64,000 bases of DNA, from IMG/VR virus record IMGVR_UViG_3300013383_000248, one strand, 5' to 3'. This document shows positions 61,474 to 64,000 of the stretch, one piece after another (position 1 is the stretch's first letter; each line of letters opens with the position of its first letter). The notes below the pieces were generated by a model. It was not told the origin of the DNA, did no database searches, and saw only the letters and a list, made by a program, of their open reading frames with translations. The translations under genes were made by a program, and so were the position numbers. The stretch comes from a virus.

Positions 61474-62455
61474 CTATATCTTCCAACTACTAATTATAGT
61501 TGCCACTGTTTCGAGATATGTACCAATAATATCTCTACTCCCTTTAACAGGATAGTCGATACAGGTTATCTATTTTTCCACATCTATTTTGCTCCTACTG
61601 AATGATTATTTCTTAGAGGATAATTATATCCATCAAGCCTATAAGATTGAGTTTTTCCATTTATTATATCTGAAATAGTGGAAGAAGAACAATTGAACAT
61701 TTTTGCTAATTCTTTTAAATTTTTATCATTTTTTAAAATTTCTTCATGAATTTTTTTACATTCTTCAGGAGAAAATTTTAATCCTTTAGTGCCTTTAGCT
61801 TTATTAGAACGAATAGGATATTTAATTCCAGACTAAGGTCTTCGTGCTCCAATATTTATATTGTATATGTGAGTTAGTGAAAATCCAGTTTTTTCACTTA
61901 TTTCTTTAAAAGAATATTTTTCATTCTTTAAATACTCAATAACTTCTAATATTTTTTTATCTTCATACATTGGTTTAACAGGATTTTTTCCACCAGTTGA
62001 TTGATTATAACCATTAAAATATGTATCATAATATTTTATCCAATATTTTTCTCTATTGTCTAATTCTTCAAGTGGAACATTTTCTTCTAAAACTATTAAT
62101 TGATACTCTTCTTCTCCATATTTTCTTATCCCTCGACTTAAAGGATAATCATACTCTGCTTTATTCATATTAAATGGGTCATATTGAATATGCTATTTAT
62201 GTCTATTTTTTAAGTTATTAGTTTGACCTACATAAACAATTTTACCATTACTTTTTTTCTTATAAGCATAAATTACATTCATAAAATCAACTCCTTTTCT
62301 CACTATTATATGAAAAATGAAGTTAGATGTTTAAATAGATTTTCCCACGGAACCACCTTGAATTTAAAAAAATTTTTAGGCTCCTCCGTTAGCTTGTTAA
62401 AAATAACAAACCCCATTGGTAAATGGTAAAGTGGACTAGGGCGAAACTTTCTTTT
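61474..62455 (-). mobile_element. probable group I intron (~980 nt) in the primase gene carrying a GIY-YIG homing endonuclease gene (3' splice site uncertain)
   Basis: Exon 1 ends GAGGGU (62456) and pairs with downstream GCCCU (62442-62438) as P1 with U.G. The upstream reading frame decays after IIFEG (the TOPRIM EG). The ATAGTCAG motif near the 3' end is shared with the dnaE intron. The C-terminal piece has no RBS. Confidence 0.5.
61833..62282 (-). CDS. GIY-YIG homing endonuclease (~149 aa)
   Basis: MNVIYAYKKKSNGKIVYVGQTNNLKNRHK-Q-HIQYD..., where the RxxxH Gln is a TAG. AAAGGAG RBS. The tracked ORF 61833..62168 is its C-terminus. Confidence 0.75.
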
Positions 62456-63220
62456 ACCCTCAAATATTATTGCTTTTCCTATCCTATTTATATTTGCTTT
62501 ACTATTATTTAAATTATATAAATTCATACCAAGAGGATGAGAATAAAGAATCTTATTAATTTTTAATGGTCTATATTTGCCATACAATAGAGCTTCCTCT
62601 TTTCCTAACACTCTTCCTCTTAGTCCTATAAAATTTCCATCTATGTCAAAATGAGGAATTGTAATAGCATCGCCGCCAGGGTAATAACCAATTATTGCTT
62701 GGTCTATCGCCTCTTGGCTTATTCCTTCTTTTAGCCACGGAGTTAATTTTACACAATAATTAAATCTACTTAAAATTTTACTATCATAAGTTTTTAATTC
62801 AACTTTAGAATTTAAATTTTCTTCTATGTTATTCTTATCATAATTAGCTAAAAATTTCCAATCTTCTAAGCCTAAATCTTCAGCATCGTCTTCCACTGAA
62901 CCGGCAATACCAAAATAATTAGCTATCCAACGAACTGCATCATTTAGGTCATACTCTTTATTAGATTGGATATGAGCTACTTTAATTACTAATTCAAATA
63001 TATCAAATATATCATCACAGCCGGTGTAGCATTTAAATAATTGACTATTTGAATAGTAATAAAGTTTCTTACTTCCTGCTCCTGGTTCATTATGACAGAT
63101 AGTTTCAGAAAGGATACCGAATTCACTATATTCAGGATTACCGCCCCAAATATTTAGTAATTCAAAAATATTGTCTAAAGTTAAATTATTTTTTATCTCA
63201 GCTTTATCATAGTTAATCAT
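62456..63220 (-). CDS. dnaG: DnaG-type primase, exon 1 (zinc-binding and RNA-polymerase domains, ~255 aa)
   Basis: CHC2 zinc finger CHNEPGAGSKKLYYYSNSQLFKCYTGC. RNA-polymerase-domain motifs GYYPGGDAITIPHF, GLRGRVLG, KYRPLKINKILYSHPLGMNLYNL. Ends ...NRIGKAIIFEG, aligning with E. coli ...PNRLLVVEG. Confidence 0.75.
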
Positions 63221-63238
63221 TATTAACTTAATAAATTA

Positions 63239-63421
63239 TTAGAATGTAATTACATTAATACAAGTGCCTTTAATACCAAATTCTTCATTAACTACTTTAA
63301 TAAGGTATTCCTTTGGATGTTTCTTTGCAAATTCACCCTTAGCAGTCTTTAGATACATCGCTGCCATTTCCTTCGGCATCTTATATTCAATAGTTCCATT
63401 CATAATATCTTTGTTAAACAT
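63239..63421 (-). CDS. hypothetical small protein (60 aa)
   Basis: Tracked ORF. Confidence 0.35.
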   Translation of the reverse strand: MFNKDIMNGTIEYKMPKEMAAMYLKTAKGEFAKKHPKEYLIKVVNEEFGIKGTCINVITF

Positions 63422-63437
63422 AATTTAATCTCCTTAT

Positions 63438-64000
63438 TTAAAAAGCGCTATCTTCAGCAATTCTAATTTTTACATTTTCCATATCTACTAATTCATAACT
63501 CCAATCAGTGCAAAAGATTGGAATAATACGACAGCAACCTAAATCAGCCTTACACCATAGATAAATTCCTTTATATTTACCTCGACGATTTTTATATACT
63601 GATAATTTTATTGTTGGACGTTCAAAAGTATTTGTTTCAAGTATTTTCTCTAACGATTGATAATCATTATCACGAGCTTGAAGAAGTAGCATACCTACGT
63701 CAATTTTATCTGCAATGGCTTTTGAACCACGCAGAACATTTTGGTCTGGCGTTTCACTATATTGATAATCAGCATTTAACTAAGTAGCAGACATAATAAA
63801 AATACCATATTGATTACAAATATCTTTTAATCTAGTAGAAAGCATAAAAAGGATATTATCTTCTCTTAATTTTACGCCGCCGCTTCGTTTACTAATTTCT
63901 TCAAGAATTTTCATACTTGTATGAATATAATCGTGAAATATGTATTTAACCCCGTGGTCTCGAATATTTTTCTTAATAACATTTTCTACATCCCGTAAAG
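63438..64000 (-). CDS. dnaB: DnaB-like replicative helicase, C-terminal part (gene runs past the window end)
   Basis: ...GIFIMSATQLNADYQYSETPDQNVLRGSKAIADKIDVGMLLLQARDND...VYKNRRGKYKG... matches the SF4 H3/H4 and C-terminal motifs. One in-frame TAG near 63780. Confidence 0.8.

Noticed and set aside
1-64000. Search for CRISPR arrays, tRNAs (especially a suppressor tRNA-CUA) and integrase/attachment sites
   Set aside because: No regular repeat-spacer arrays. The only GC-rich structured islands coincide with the three intron cores and none reads as a cloverleaf by eye. No recombinase-like ORF. The suppressor tRNA is probably encoded outside this window.

Overview
This window looks like one arm of a large, low-GC (~30%) tailed-phage (Caudoviricetes) genome. 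AGGAGG-type ribosome-binding sites and an LL-H-type holin suggest a Firmicutes-like host. There are two convergent modules. (1) A plus-strand late/structural operon runs from 362 to 44198: putative regulator, terminase large subunit, portal, scaffold, capsid, tail genes, a giant ~3229-aa tape measure, several >1000-aa tail/baseplate proteins and a holin. (2) A minus-strand replication/nucleotide-metabolism module runs from 44241 to 64000: RuvC, dUTPase, NrdG/NrdD, guanylate kinase, Pol III alpha DnaE, RecD/Dda-like helicase, RecJ-like exonuclease, DnaG primase and a DnaB-like helicase. The two modules meet at a bidirectional terminator at 44210-44242.

The central observation is that TAG is a sense codon (glutamine) throughout. 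Almost every long gene is broken into several six-frame ORFs by in-frame TAGs but never by TAA or TGA, and TAG falls on conserved Gln positions (details in the first finding).

On top of the recoding I find a cluster of self-splicing/homing elements. A group I intron carrying a GIY-YIG homing endonuclease splits dnaE exactly inside the GYGFNKSH motif. A second intron-like insertion, also carrying a GIY-YIG homing endonuclease, interrupts the primase at the TOPRIM EG motif. A third, ORF-less, GC-rich ~270-nt group I intron interrupts a Gly/Asn/Trp-rich late gene. Two further free-standing homing endonuclease genes are present (GIY-YIG; PD-(D/E)XK-like).

Coordinates of recoded genes were derived by hand translation and may be off by a few nt. 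All functional calls rest on motif recognition from memory, not on database searches.
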